A stretch of DNA of 64,000 nt. Source: Candidatus Kapaibacterium sp. (lineage in GTDB: Bacteria > Bacteroidota > Ignavibacteria > Kapaibacteriales > UBA2268). Below, in pieces: positions 9,301-19,196 of the stretch (position 1 is the stretch's first letter; every line of letters begins with the position of its first letter). The stretch is taken from NCBI GenBank assembly GCA_963665665.1, contig OY762428.1, forward strand, positions 1,056,001 to 1,120,000, in the 5' to 3' direction. A program made the position numbers and the translations under genes. The notes below the pieces were generated by a model that did not search any database, was not told the origin of the DNA, and saw nothing but the letters and a program-made list of their open reading frames with translations.

Positions 9301-10853
9301 AGAGTGATAAATTGATTACAGTTAGCCTCCCCCCCAGAACCTAAACATCTTTGCCATTGAATCTCAGGATTATATTTGTCCTGAATAGGTTTTAGTTCAG
9401 TAATCCTTATTAAGCATTCCTTACTCGGAGCTGACTGAATTTTGTTCCAGTCAAACTTTAGGCCATTAGTTTCTTTTGCAATTATTGACCAGGAGATGCC
9501 ATTGTCGGTACTAAGTTCTATATCAACGCTATCCTGTTCCATCAAACCTTCCCAGGTTACCAATGTATCAGCTCCTGCAAGAAAAACCTCCCCTCCGTTA
9601 GGATGAACAACCTTTAGCACATAGCCATTGGAATTTAAAGTTCTTTCCCCGCCAATAGCATAATAATTAAAATTGCACGGAGCGGCAATAAATTGGAATT
9701 CAACATAAGACAGGCCGGATTTCTCAGGTGTAAAAGTTATTGTAAGCTCTTTGCTTTTTCCCGAATCAAGTAAGAAACTTTTGGGATTTATATCGAAATC
9801 AGGATTGCTGCTTATAATATCTGTAATATTAAACGAACTGTTAATAGCAGTAATAACTAAGCTTGTATCAATCGATTGTCCGGGTTCAATGTTTCCAATT
9901 CTAATAATAGAATATTTATAGGCAATCTTTGCAATCAATTCATCAGGTACGGAATAAACATTTGTTTCAACTTTATTTATCGGCAGACATTCAATTCTGA
10001 GATTTCTATCCTCTTGGCATGATATATCACTTTTCCATGTTATTTCACAGGGTTCTGATGAATAAGCAAACCGAATTATACGATTTACCAAATCATCGAT
10101 CGCCTCTGATTCTGTAATACCGTCATAAAGCATACCATAGGTTGAGTCAGCAATTGTCTTTAAGGAAGATTTTACACCAATATCAGAAGAATTAGATTCT
10201 GAATATATTATTGCAAAAAATTGAATACTATTATTTCTACATAATTCAATGCATTCCTTTACATTATTATCCATATTGCTCCAGTAACCATCTGTATAGA
10301 TAATCGCAACTTTTTTATATTTACCTCTTTTTGCAACATGTATCAAACCTGTATTTGAATTTAGCAACTGTTCATAAATATTTGTTCCCCCACTGGATTC
10401 AAATAACAGCAAGCCATTACGTATTAATTTTCTATCCGTCGTAAAATCCTGAATTATTGATGAATGCGAATCACAAATCAAAAGAGCAGCTTCATTTGGT
10501 GGCATAGGAATTTGATCACATAATCTATTAATAGTTGTTTTTCCTAAATTAATTGGGCTTATATCACTTCTCCCACCCATTGAACCTGAAATATCAATAC
10601 TCATTGTTATTGATAATTTATCAACTTTTGTTTCGGTACAAGTTACATCAATGACTTCCCTCTGAATCCCATCTTCGTAAATGTTAAAATCATCAATAGA
10701 AAAATCTGTCATCTGATTACCAAGAGAATCAAAGGCCCAAAATTTAGCTTTTACAATTGGGAACTCATCTGTATTAATATTAAAAACACTGAATGTTTGA
10801 CCCAAAACCGAATAGGATAGCAGGAAAAAAACAGTAAAAACAATCCTCATCAT
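6303..10853 (-). CDS. Large T9SS-secreted protein: VWA domain, choice-of-anchor-D/ASH Ig-like repeats, beta-propeller-like repeats, cohesin-like domain
   Basis: Signal peptide, MIDAS motif IDISGSMG with GGT and YTDG, repeated DFG.V..G...DT...I.N.G Ig units, W.KN(Y/F/L)GGS..D repeats, and C-terminal ISPNPAED...SGVYYIVL...KKILIGK. GGAGG ribosome-binding site. Confidence 0.85.
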   Translation of the reverse strand: MMRIVFTVFFLLSYSVLGQTFSVFNINTDEFPIVKAKFWAFDSLGNQMTDFSIDDFNIYEDGIQREVIDVTCTETKVDKLSITMSIDISGSMGGRSDISPINLGKTTINRLCDQIPMPPNEAALLICDSHSSIIQDFTTDRKLIRNGLLLFESSGGTNIYEQLLNSNTGLIHVAKRGKYKKVAIIYTDGYWSNMDNNVKECIELCRNNSIQFFAIIYSESNSSDIGVKSSLKTIADSTYGMLYDGITESEAIDDLVNRIIRFAYSSEPCEITWKSDISCQEDRNLRIECLPINKVETNVYSVPDELIAKIAYKYSIIRIGNIEPGQSIDTSLVITAINSSFNITDIISSNPDFDINPKSFLLDSGKSKELTITFTPEKSGLSYVEFQFIAAPCNFNYYAIGGERTLNSNGYVLKVVHPNGGEVFLAGADTLVTWEGLMEQDSVDIELSTDNGISWSIIAKETNGLKFDWNKIQSAPSKECLIRITELKPIQDKYNPEIQWQRCLGSGGEANCNQFITLADGNCLILSGKGIFKLDKNGNTLWVRDIYYYRGIEKNDGSFNFGRSNKGVVEIAHALDDGRVVEMKNFSGNGSNDFIDIKNTYDGGNIIAISSSSSDGIFRQNKGGYDYYLIKTDENMNVQWVKNYGGSKDDKISCIDLTIDGGFIIAGVTSSEDGDIGNKIESSKFWIIKVDYSGQLVWNKLIDKDNYNEIHDIKVNDFGNIYLCGIKSRDFFLIKLNSNGKILFKKNFGGSEDDCAYSLVNSYNDGCTLGGYTYSNDGDVQNNWGYYDFWIVNIDKDGNILWEKNLGGPKWDRLTAIGILQDGGIIAGGPSSSYYGDVKAHGRYSFWVAKLYPEELPGQMDVSDSLFSIVTPVVESIDIDMKQVLVGSNKDSLITDFVINTGEWPCRMDSIYFKIGGGIFSVVSGFPKYTVGVGASHFCEIRFSPKKAILYEAEMIIISQSDTLRHKIFGEGIEPKLEILNNLIDFGQVVVGENKDTLQITTIKNIGDSPVRITKTKYALQNEEEYSTISGGGPFVINPGQEWLMDIRFSPVRSGRKSGLLEFYFDGLGSPAKLQLFGEGIVVPKISATFAGFGNLLCEPAIYSNIYIENIGQDTLVVKDINISGINEEDFVVNEIFPFKIEPDSSKNVNILFRPSTTGEKEAELSIYSNSYIDSILNIPITGRKDSVNIHWKDDIIDLGTVNTGETIDTTIQLINNGTIRNTAFVDGSGVFDFNSDRFVIAAEDFGNLKISFPGIAYESIIDENLNLIDSICKRKSNIRILLEIVKEEIPLAVAQLKIPDKKAETGEIISVPIFLENIENQLPEGIKLESVDLEYNPSLLYPIDYEQVLIDNYKASITLDSLIIDGVPGDTLSRVRFITGLGNSPECPLILSNPIYDLNSASIIFIDGKFTLSNICREGGARLVNPFAESGIINISPNPAEDKLKIEIGLVENGIYELCIYNIYGQRVKSIDSGLNDQIVIRSVETDIRDVASGVYYIVLMTRNQYFTKKILIGK

Positions 10854-11050
10854 AAACCCTCCACCGGTAATATAAATTACGTTATAATTTTACAACAAAT
10901 TAAAATCATTAAAGTTTCAATTTTTAATATTTTTTTAATACTATAACAATGAACAACTGATATTTCCAAGATTTGAAAAATATCCAAAACACTAACCATC
11001 ATTGAATCTCGTATTCAATTATGGGAGTATTTCATTATGTGGTGTGTATT

Positions 11051-12151
11051 ATGAAGTTTCATTTCTTTATTTTTTTTCTTTTGATTAGCTCATATGCAAA
11101 AGCATCCGACAGCACTGGTATTATACATATTGCCGATAAGATTTTTAAACCGATAAATGAAGATAACACTAAACTGGAATGGATGCCTCTTGCCAATTAT
11201 GATTCGGATCTTGGATTCGGATTTGGCACAAAGGGATTTTATTTAAATCCTTTTGATCATGATGAATCATTTGATCTGATACTATTTGCAAGTACCGGAG
11301 GCGAAAGGCTCATACGGTTCACGTTTTCTTATCCGGATATTGAAACAAGGCAGGGCACAGAATACCCGCTGGCCGTTGATTTCCTAATAGATATCAACCC
11401 GCTGACTATTACTTATGCCTATTCGACAAATATGCTCCAAAGCAAAGATTATGATGCAAAATACAGGGATATACCAATATTATTAAGCCTTGTTTTCAGC
11501 CGGGGTTTTTCCGAAGAATTTGTTGGAAGTGCTGCCCTCAGATATAATTATCTGAGCTATGACAAATTCAATCCAAGACATGATGCAGTCGCGCTTTATG
11601 ATGATGATGTATATTCAGCACCTTCAATTTTTCTAAACCTGTTTCTCGATAAAAGAGACAGCCATATCAGGCCTACAGAAGGATATAAACTCAGCGCCGA
11701 GACGGAATTATACCTGACTGATTTCGATCCTTCTGAAAGATTCACCCGTATAATGACCGAAGCCGCCTATTATAAAAAATTTCTAAACTACTTTATTTTT
11801 GCAACAAGAATTCAGTACAATACTTATTTGGAATCATCGCCGCCATTTCAGCTGCAACACAAACTGGGTGGCAATAAAACTCTCAGAGGCTATCCCAGGT
11901 ATTATTTCCGCGGGCGCTCTACACTTCTATCAAATACTGAAATCCGGGTAACTCTCCCCTATAATTTAGGTTTAATTATGGGGGCCGACGCCGGAAAGGC
12001 ATGGGATACTACTCCGGACAACCTGAAGGACGCTGCATCGAATTTTATTTCAGGGTTGCGTTACTTTTTTAAAACATTTGTTGTAGGCTTTGATTTGGGA
12101 TTCAGTGAAAATCACATAGGTGCATACTTTAGCTTCGGGCATCTATTTTAA
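11051..12151 (+). CDS. BamA/TamA (Omp85 surface antigen) family outer-membrane protein
   Basis: Signal peptide, PLANYDSDLGFGFG, DKRDSHIRPTEG, LGGNKTLRGY (cf. VRGF/Y motif), C-terminal FSFGHLF. ATG at 11051. Confidence 0.85.
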   Translation: MKFHFFIFFLLISSYAKASDSTGIIHIADKIFKPINEDNTKLEWMPLANYDSDLGFGFGTKGFYLNPFDHDESFDLILFASTGGERLIRFTFSYPDIETRQGTEYPLAVDFLIDINPLTITYAYSTNMLQSKDYDAKYRDIPILLSLVFSRGFSEEFVGSAALRYNYLSYDKFNPRHDAVALYDDDVYSAPSIFLNLFLDKRDSHIRPTEGYKLSAETELYLTDFDPSERFTRIMTEAAYYKKFLNYFIFATRIQYNTYLESSPPFQLQHKLGGNKTLRGYPRYYFRGRSTLLSNTEIRVTLPYNLGLIMGADAGKAWDTTPDNLKDAASNFISGLRYFFKTFVVGFDLGFSENHIGAYFSFGHLF

Positions 12152-12153
12152 AA

Positions 12154-12191
12154 AAAGTTCACCGGTTATAATAAAATACCCGGTGAACTTT
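12154..12191. terminator. Bidirectional terminator hairpin
   Basis: AAAGTTCACCGG...CCGGTGAACTTT between convergent stop codons. Confidence 0.75.
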
Positions 12192-12200
12192 GAAAACAAA

Positions 12201-14117
12201 TTACTCTGCTGATGGGAGGTTCTTATTATCCTTCTGTGTTGCAAGTGAAACAATTATCAGAACAACAAGAGCCAGCGTAAATGATATAATTGCAGGATTG
12301 TCCAGCATGTGCGGAGCGTTTGCACTATCAAGCCCATAACGGTCCCACATCGTTGGTGATGTAAGAATAATGCCGAGAGCTGAAACGATACCAGTCAGAA
12401 TGGACCAGGCAATGCCTTTTGCAGTTGTTTTCTTCCAGAACAACAACATCAATATTGCCGGCAGGTTAGCTGAAGCAGCAACAGCAAATGCCCACCCGAC
12501 AAGGAAAGACACATTCATCCCCTTGAAAGCAATACCAAGAACAATAGCAACAATACCAACGGAAAATGCAGCTATCTTACCTGCTTTTACTTTCTTGTCG
12601 TCACTAAGGTTTTTACCCATGTATTTATCGATTATATCGTGGGCAATGGCACCGGATGAAGCAACAATCAAACCGCTGACAGTTCCGAGGATTGTGGCAA
12701 ACGCTATTGCCGAAATGATAGAAAACAATCCCACCCCGAAGGCTTTAGCAAGCAACGGAGCAGACATATTACTGGATTCCACGTCAAGAACCCCGTTTAC
12801 AGCAGCACCAAGGCCCATGAACATAGTCAGTACATAAAAACCGCCAATAGCAGCAATTGCAATAATTGTAGATTTACGGGCATCTTTTGCACTTGGAACA
12901 GTATAATACCTGATAAGGATATGCGGCAATGAAGCCGTACCGAGGAAGAGTGCAAGCATAAGTGATACGAAATTCCATTTCGACCAGGAGTTGGCTCCTT
13001 CGCCGATTTTAAATTTCAGGCCGGGAATCATCATCGCTTTACCGGATGTTATATTCTGATACCATACCGTTATATTGTTCCCTTCATCATCAAATTTTAC
13101 TTTTGAGAACCTTACAATTTCACTATTCTCAATTGTTTCCAGAAATTCAAACGGCCCCAAAGGTCCGGTCTCTGAAACTTCCTCGCCATCAACAATGATT
13201 TTGCTCATATGCCCGACAGGAAAGAATTTTCTTGCTTCTTTATCTTCCCCATTATAAAGCTTTCTACCGTCAGCCATATCGCTTATTGAAAGCATTTCTT
13301 TCAAAGTTGGTTTTCCTTCTACATCTACGAGATTAAACCACCTTATTACTCCTGCTTTCTCAAGCTTTACAAATTGATGGCCTTTAATTTCTTTTGTCCC
13401 AAGAACTTTATATCCGTCAACACTTATTGTGTTGCTTTCAATAACCGCTGTCAGGCTGATAAATTCATGATATTTCTGCTCTTCATTATCAGGCTGTAAA
13501 CTGAAACCGTTATTAAAAATGTAAAAAGACAATATAGTTGAGAAAATCAACAGAAGGCCGCCTTTGATAAACTGCACGTAAGTTGTGGAGGTCATACCGG
13601 CTGTAGCTACTATGAAAATAACAATAGCCCCGACAATAACAACACCAACCCAGTGTGGCAGTCCAAGCAGCGGAGTTACGAGTGCCCCGGCACCAACCAT
13701 CTGTGGAATAAGATAAAATATTGAAACTATCAAAGTGCTGATAGCCGCAGTTATCTGAATTGCTTTTGAATTGAATTTTGAATCCAAAGCATCTGTAAAA
13801 GTGAACTTCCCAAGTCGTTTCAAAGGTTCCGCTACCAGGAATAAAGCCACAATCCAGCCTGCAAGATAGCCAATGGAATAAAGAAAACCGTCATAACCCA
13901 TAAATGCGATCATACCGCAAATACCAAGGAATGATGCAGCAGACAAATAATCTCCTGCAAAAGCAATACCGTTCACTGCCCAGTGAATGGTTCCCCCGGC
14001 TGCAAAATAATTTTGAGCTGATTTTGTTTTACGGGCGAAATAAAAAGATAGGCCCAGAACAAAAGCTACAAAAATTACAAATAAAATTACTGCAAAGGGT
14101 GAAGCTTCATAAATCAT
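12201..14117 (-). CDS. actP: Cation/acetate symporter ActP (sodium:solute symporter family)
   Basis: NGIAFAGDYLSAASFLG, GYDGFLYSIG, LVAEPLKRLGKFTFTD, FYLIPQMVGAG, GTASLPHILIRYYTVP, AFAVAASANLP. Lies downstream of a DUF485 gene, as is typical. Confidence 0.88.
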   Translation of the reverse strand: MIYEASPFAVILFVIFVAFVLGLSFYFARKTKSAQNYFAAGGTIHWAVNGIAFAGDYLSAASFLGICGMIAFMGYDGFLYSIGYLAGWIVALFLVAEPLKRLGKFTFTDALDSKFNSKAIQITAAISTLIVSIFYLIPQMVGAGALVTPLLGLPHWVGVVIVGAIVIFIVATAGMTSTTYVQFIKGGLLLIFSTILSFYIFNNGFSLQPDNEEQKYHEFISLTAVIESNTISVDGYKVLGTKEIKGHQFVKLEKAGVIRWFNLVDVEGKPTLKEMLSISDMADGRKLYNGEDKEARKFFPVGHMSKIIVDGEEVSETGPLGPFEFLETIENSEIVRFSKVKFDDEGNNITVWYQNITSGKAMMIPGLKFKIGEGANSWSKWNFVSLMLALFLGTASLPHILIRYYTVPSAKDARKSTIIAIAAIGGFYVLTMFMGLGAAVNGVLDVESSNMSAPLLAKAFGVGLFSIISAIAFATILGTVSGLIVASSGAIAHDIIDKYMGKNLSDDKKVKAGKIAAFSVGIVAIVLGIAFKGMNVSFLVGWAFAVAASANLPAILMLLFWKKTTAKGIAWSILTGIVSALGIILTSPTMWDRYGLDSANAPHMLDNPAIISFTLALVVLIIVSLATQKDNKNLPSAE

Positions 14118-14395
14118 AATTCTTCCTCTTTGTTCATTCGATCTTCATATTTCGTACATATCATGTTGTAAACAACTCCAAGAATTATTGCCAGGATGAT
14201 CAGGCCGAAACCATAAGTAACAGCAAGGTTTTGTCCCATAAATACGATTTCACTCATTGCCTCGAAATTGATAACAGCAATTGCAACGAAAATGGAATAC
14301 ACGATAAAATAAAGGATAAAAAGCCAAACCCCCAATTTTGCCTTCTTTTCCGCAGCATTGTCCTTACCCATTTGAACTGCCGGACCATGTTGCAT
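14114..14395 (-). CDS. DUF485 (YjcH-like) small membrane protein
   Basis: 93 aa with two transmembrane segments and the NLAVTYGFGLI motif. Its stop overlaps the actP start by 4 bp. GGAGG ribosome-binding site. Confidence 0.85.
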   Translation of the reverse strand: MQHGPAVQMGKDNAAEKKAKLGVWLFILYFIVYSIFVAIAVINFEAMSEIVFMGQNLAVTYGFGLIILAIILGVVYNMICTKYEDRMNKEEEL

Positions 14396-14639
14396 GTTGA
14401 CCTCCGAAAAAAATTAATAAATGAACGTCTGCGACGCTAAAAAATAAGTTCCGAAGATAAGTCTTTCGGCTGATTGCTAACTGCATTATTTTTATTCTAT
14501 GTACTGCGTGTTGCTAAATGCTATTATCCGATATAAATATTTTGAAATAATTCCCATACTTCAATTTCAGGTGGATAGTTATTAATTTTTTCCCTAATTT
14601 TAAATGATAAGCAAATATTTTCCAATATTGGATCATTAG

Positions 14640-17435
14640 ATGAAAATATCCGAACATGCAGCCAGCAGTGAAAAACAAACAGGTATAAGAGGTGAAGATA
14701 TCCATAAATGGATTGACGGATTCTTTGATTACCAGGGCCTGAAACAATTCCTGAAAGCCGAGAATAACAGGAAATACGATCCATACGGGCATCGAAAATA
14801 CCGTCACTGCTATGAAGCATTGGAAGAAGCTTATATTGAGTTCGAACACAAATATACCCGCGAACAGATAAAATCAGTTTTCGAATGTCATATCAAAGAT
14901 GACTATGACGGCTATCTGCCAACCAGGGATGATTTTATTAATGGGACTTTTAAGGAAAAATATCATGAGGAAGAGAGGGTGGGGCAGGATGATTCCATTT
15001 TAAGCCCTGAGGAACTGAATCAATACTTCAAAGGAAAAAGATATTCAAAATTCAGGTCGCCAAATAGAAAAATTTCTTCTTTTTTCAGGTTGAAGATTGT
15101 AATGCCGACAGTAGTAGCAATTGTTCTTTTTGTTAGTTCTGTTTTTGCAATTATCATCCCGGTGTTCAGAACAAACATCATGGATAAGAAAAAAGAAATG
15201 ATTAAAGAACTAACAGTTGCGGCTATAAGTATTATTGATGAAAAAGTGAAGCTCTATCAATCCGGCAAACTAACTCTGGCTGAAGCTCAGAACCTTGCTC
15301 TTAAGGAAATTGACGGCATGAGATACGGGGATGAGATGAAAGATTATTTCTGGATTACAGATATGCATCCAACCATGCTGATGCACCCCTACAGAACCGA
15401 ACTGACTGGCAAAGATCTTTCAAATTATAAGGATCGGGAAAACAAAAGCGGCAAACGATTATTTGTTGAATTTGTTAATATCGTTAAGAAAGACGGCGAG
15501 GGCTACCTTCAGTACCTGTGGCAATGGAAGGATGATTCCACAAGGATTGCCCCAAAGTTGTCCTATGTCAGGGGGATTAAAGAATGGGGATGGATTATCG
15601 GCACGGGTATATATATTAACGATGTAACTGATGAAATAAATGATCTTTCCTTTAATCTTTTTATGGTTTTCCTTCTGATTTCAATAGTTCTTATCGGGCT
15701 TCTGACCTATGTTATCATGCAGAGCTTTAAAATTGACAGGGAATTGATCAAAGCCGAATCAGGACTGCGTGAAGCTAAAAATCGTTACAGGGCTTTAGTG
15801 GAAGCTTCCAACGAAGGGCATGTTCTTGTTATGGATGGAAGAAATGTTTATTCAAATCATACATTCAAGAAATTATTCGGGCTGTCAGAAAGTGAAATAA
15901 TATCAAAAAACATTTCAGAAATAATACCCGGGGATATTGGATCAAATAAAAAAGCAATTGAAAAACTCAGAGAAATTGCTAATGGCAATATTTCTGAAAC
16001 TGAATTTGAAGCTCAGATAAAATCGCCTGATAAAAAAATCATTAATGTAATATTTTCAACTTCGAAAATTTTCTTCTCTCAGAAAAAAGGCTGCATTATT
16101 TCAGTCAGGCCGATTGTAAGGAAAAAAATAAACTTCCTTTTGGAATCTTATGGGAATACCAAATACCATCCCGGCTCTTTATTTGTTTCTAAAAAGGCAG
16201 GAGAGCTTTGCAGGCCGTTTACATCAGACAGCTCTTTGGATAGCAATCCTGTTAAAGTAGGTTCAAATACAACTGTCTTTGAAGTACTGGCAATTATGAA
16301 CCACAAGAAGAAAGATAGGCTTTACGTTGTGGACAGCGAGGAAAAAATTACAGGAATTATTGGCTACTATGATATTGCCATGATGTATGCCGGTTTGCCT
16401 ACAGGTATCTTATACGAAATTCGTCACAGCAGCAATATGGGCAACATAGTCAAAACTTTGGAGCGAATGCCTGAAATGGTTCTGGAATTCACGCGCCAGG
16501 GAGCTTCATCTGAAGTAATAAGGGATAGTGTTGGTAAAGTCTATGAAACAGCAATTAGAAAAATAATAATATTATCACTTAAGGAAGTAGAACTTCCGGA
16601 TGTTAAATTTACATTTTTATCGCTTGGAAGCACTGCCCGTCACGAGATGACACTGTTTTCCGATCAGGATAATGCTCTGATTTTTGAGGATGTTGATAAT
16701 AAAGACCTTCAGATAGTAAGAATGCAGTTCCTTAACTTTGCTGACAAAGTATGTTCGAAAATGCAAAAAGCCGGATATCCCTATTGCCCCGGAGGAATAA
16801 TGGCGGTTAACCCGAAATGGTGTTTATCATTATCTGAATGGAAACAGCAATTTAAAAGATGGATTTATGCAGCTACCCCCGAATCGCTCCTGGGAATACA
16901 TGTTTTCTTTGATATTGAACCTGTTTATGGCGATATGAAACTGATGGACAGTTTGAATGATAATATTAAGGTACTGATAAGGGACAGGCCGGAATTCTTT
17001 GTTCACTATGCCCGAAATTGCCTGTCATACAGGGAACCACTATCGTTTCTCGGGAACATTAGCACTAAAACAAAGGACGGAGTTAAAACCATCAACCTGA
17101 AAGAATGCCTGATGCCGATTGTAAATTTTGCAAGGATATACGCTCTTCGATATCATTTTACCGTACCAGGAACAAAATCCAGGCTTGAGGAACTGCTGAA
17201 ACATAGCATCCTTCAGGAAAAATCATTTCACGAGCTGATTTATCTTTTCAATCATTTATGGCATCTTCGATTTTACAACCAAATGGTGGCACATGAAGGT
17301 TTAAGAGCTGTCAATGACGAACTTGATATCAATTATCTAACGGAAATTGAAAAATCAAACCTTAAAAATATTTTATCAGAAATTTCAAAATTTCAGTCGA
17401 AAATCAATTACGATTTTCTTGGAGGATCAGTATAA
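14640..17435 (+). CDS. Membrane sensor-nucleotidyltransferase: His-rich N-terminal domain, TM, single Cache domain, TM, PAS, CBS, DUF294 nucleotidyltransferase, DUF294_C
   Basis: Cache motifs MRYG...DYFWITD...MLMHPY...GKRLFVEFV...GEGYLQYLW...PKLSYV...WGWIIGTGIY. PAS entry RYRALVEASNEG. CBS VVDSEEKITGIIG. Nucleotidyltransferase LGSTARHEMTLFSDQDNAL, YCPGGIMAVNPKW, INLKE...PIVNFARIYAL. Confidence 0.85.
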   Translation: MKISEHAASSEKQTGIRGEDIHKWIDGFFDYQGLKQFLKAENNRKYDPYGHRKYRHCYEALEEAYIEFEHKYTREQIKSVFECHIKDDYDGYLPTRDDFINGTFKEKYHEEERVGQDDSILSPEELNQYFKGKRYSKFRSPNRKISSFFRLKIVMPTVVAIVLFVSSVFAIIIPVFRTNIMDKKKEMIKELTVAAISIIDEKVKLYQSGKLTLAEAQNLALKEIDGMRYGDEMKDYFWITDMHPTMLMHPYRTELTGKDLSNYKDRENKSGKRLFVEFVNIVKKDGEGYLQYLWQWKDDSTRIAPKLSYVRGIKEWGWIIGTGIYINDVTDEINDLSFNLFMVFLLISIVLIGLLTYVIMQSFKIDRELIKAESGLREAKNRYRALVEASNEGHVLVMDGRNVYSNHTFKKLFGLSESEIISKNISEIIPGDIGSNKKAIEKLREIANGNISETEFEAQIKSPDKKIINVIFSTSKIFFSQKKGCIISVRPIVRKKINFLLESYGNTKYHPGSLFVSKKAGELCRPFTSDSSLDSNPVKVGSNTTVFEVLAIMNHKKKDRLYVVDSEEKITGIIGYYDIAMMYAGLPTGILYEIRHSSNMGNIVKTLERMPEMVLEFTRQGASSEVIRDSVGKVYETAIRKIIILSLKEVELPDVKFTFLSLGSTARHEMTLFSDQDNALIFEDVDNKDLQIVRMQFLNFADKVCSKMQKAGYPYCPGGIMAVNPKWCLSLSEWKQQFKRWIYAATPESLLGIHVFFDIEPVYGDMKLMDSLNDNIKVLIRDRPEFFVHYARNCLSYREPLSFLGNISTKTKDGVKTINLKECLMPIVNFARIYALRYHFTVPGTKSRLEELLKHSILQEKSFHELIYLFNHLWHLRFYNQMVAHEGLRAVNDELDINYLTEIEKSNLKNILSEISKFQSKINYDFLGGSV

Positions 17436-17672
17436 ATTATGAAAAAATATATATATGAAGTTCAATTTTATTATAATATTCTGATTTGCCGGTTCTGACA
17501 ACAATATTGAAATTCGATAAATGCCTAAAGCAGCAAATGTTTCTTTACACTATGGCGGCAAAGTGTTATTTGCGTAACAATCCATTGTTGTCTGGTCCAT
17601 GAAATTTTAGTCTCACGGAAAAATGCAAATTGCAAAAAATCAGACTGATTTTAAGTTTCAACTTAAAATAAT

Positions 17673-19196
17673 TTATACCAAAACACTCCCTGTCATTTCT
17701 TCGGGAACAGGAAGGCCCATAATAGCCAATGCAGTTGGAGCTACATCAGCAAGAATGCCTTCTTTTATCTTAGAATAATCATCGGATATAAGAATAAGCG
17801 GCACCGGATTGAGCGAGTGAGCAGTATTGGGGCTCCCGTCCTGATTCACAGCATTGTCCGCATTTCCGTGATCGGCAATAATAATTGCGTCGTATCCGTT
17901 TTCACGGCACGCTTTAATAACATCGCCCACGCAAGTATCCACTGTTTCCACAGCTTTGATTATTGCTTCGTAAATTCCCGTGTGGCCTACCATATCGCCA
18001 TTGGCAAAGTTCAGGCAAACAAAATCAACTTCCTGCTTTTTCAATTCTTCAACAATTGCATCCTTAACAATCGGGGCGCTCATTTCCGGCTGCAGATCAT
18101 AAGTTGCCACTTTCGGCGATGGAATAAGAATTCTTTTCTCGCCGGGGAATTCCGCTTCTCTGCCGCCTGAAAAGAAAAATGTTACATGAGCATATTTCTC
18201 TGTTTCGGCAATTCTTATCTGCTTTTTATTATTTAACGACAGGTATTCGCCCATTGTCATTTTCACATTCTCTTTGTCATATACTATATGGACATTTTTA
18301 AAAGTATCATCGTACCTGGTCATTGTTAGATAATACAATTGCATTGTTTTCATTTCATACTCGGGGATATCTTTCTGGCTCAGTGCAATGGAAATTTCCC
18401 GAAGCCTGTCGGTTCTGAAATTGAAGCAAAGAACAACATCACCATCTTTGATAGTCGATAAAGGCACTCCGTTTTCGTCAACAATTGAAACAGGCTTGAT
18501 GAATTCATCAGTTACACCATTCTCATAAGACGTTTTTATAGCATCGAGAGAATTTGTAAATTTTTCACCTTTGCCGGAAACAAGCAGGTCGTATCCCTGT
18601 TTAACTCTTTCCCAGCGCTTATCCCTGTCCATGGTGTAATATCTGCCGCATACGCTGGCTACTTTTGCATTCAAAGGTTGGATGTGTTTTTCAAGATTTT
18701 CAACAAATCCAAGTCCGCTGCGTGGATCAGTATCCCTACCGTCCATCAGGGCATGAATAAAGACTTTTTTAAGTCCCCGGGTTTCAGCCATATCACATAA
18801 TTTATAAAGATGTTTATCTGAAGAATGCACTCCCCCATCGGATACCAAACCGAGAAAATGCACCTGTTTGTTATTGGTTTTTGCATAATCAAAAGCATTA
18901 TTAAGGATTTCGTTTTCTTCAATCGAATTATCCTCAATAGCCTTGTTGATTTTTACAAGGTCCTGATATACAACCCTGCCGGCTCCGATATTCAGGTGTC
19001 CAACTTCAGAATTTCCCATTTGTCCGTCCGGCAGCCCCACTTTTTCGCCTGAAGTAAAAAGCCTTGCAGTTGGATATTTTTCCATCAGAGCGTCAATATT
19101 TGGAGTATTCCCGGTGAAAATGGCATCCGAATTATCATGTTTTCCAATTCCCCACCCGTCAAGTATCATCAAGAGAAGTTTTTTATTATTTTTCAT
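17673..19196 (-). CDS. gpmI: 2,3-bisphosphoglycerate-independent phosphoglycerate mutase
   Basis: [74 protein letters not shown]. Confidence 0.97.
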   Translation of the reverse strand: MKNNKKLLLMILDGWGIGKHDNSDAIFTGNTPNIDALMEKYPTARLFTSGEKVGLPDGQMGNSEVGHLNIGAGRVVYQDLVKINKAIEDNSIEENEILNNAFDYAKTNNKQVHFLGLVSDGGVHSSDKHLYKLCDMAETRGLKKVFIHALMDGRDTDPRSGLGFVENLEKHIQPLNAKVASVCGRYYTMDRDKRWERVKQGYDLLVSGKGEKFTNSLDAIKTSYENGVTDEFIKPVSIVDENGVPLSTIKDGDVVLCFNFRTDRLREISIALSQKDIPEYEMKTMQLYYLTMTRYDDTFKNVHIVYDKENVKMTMGEYLSLNNKKQIRIAETEKYAHVTFFFSGGREAEFPGEKRILIPSPKVATYDLQPEMSAPIVKDAIVEELKKQEVDFVCLNFANGDMVGHTGIYEAIIKAVETVDTCVGDVIKACRENGYDAIIIADHGNADNAVNQDGSPNTAHSLNPVPLILISDDYSKIKEGILADVAPTALAIMGLPVPEEMTGSVLV

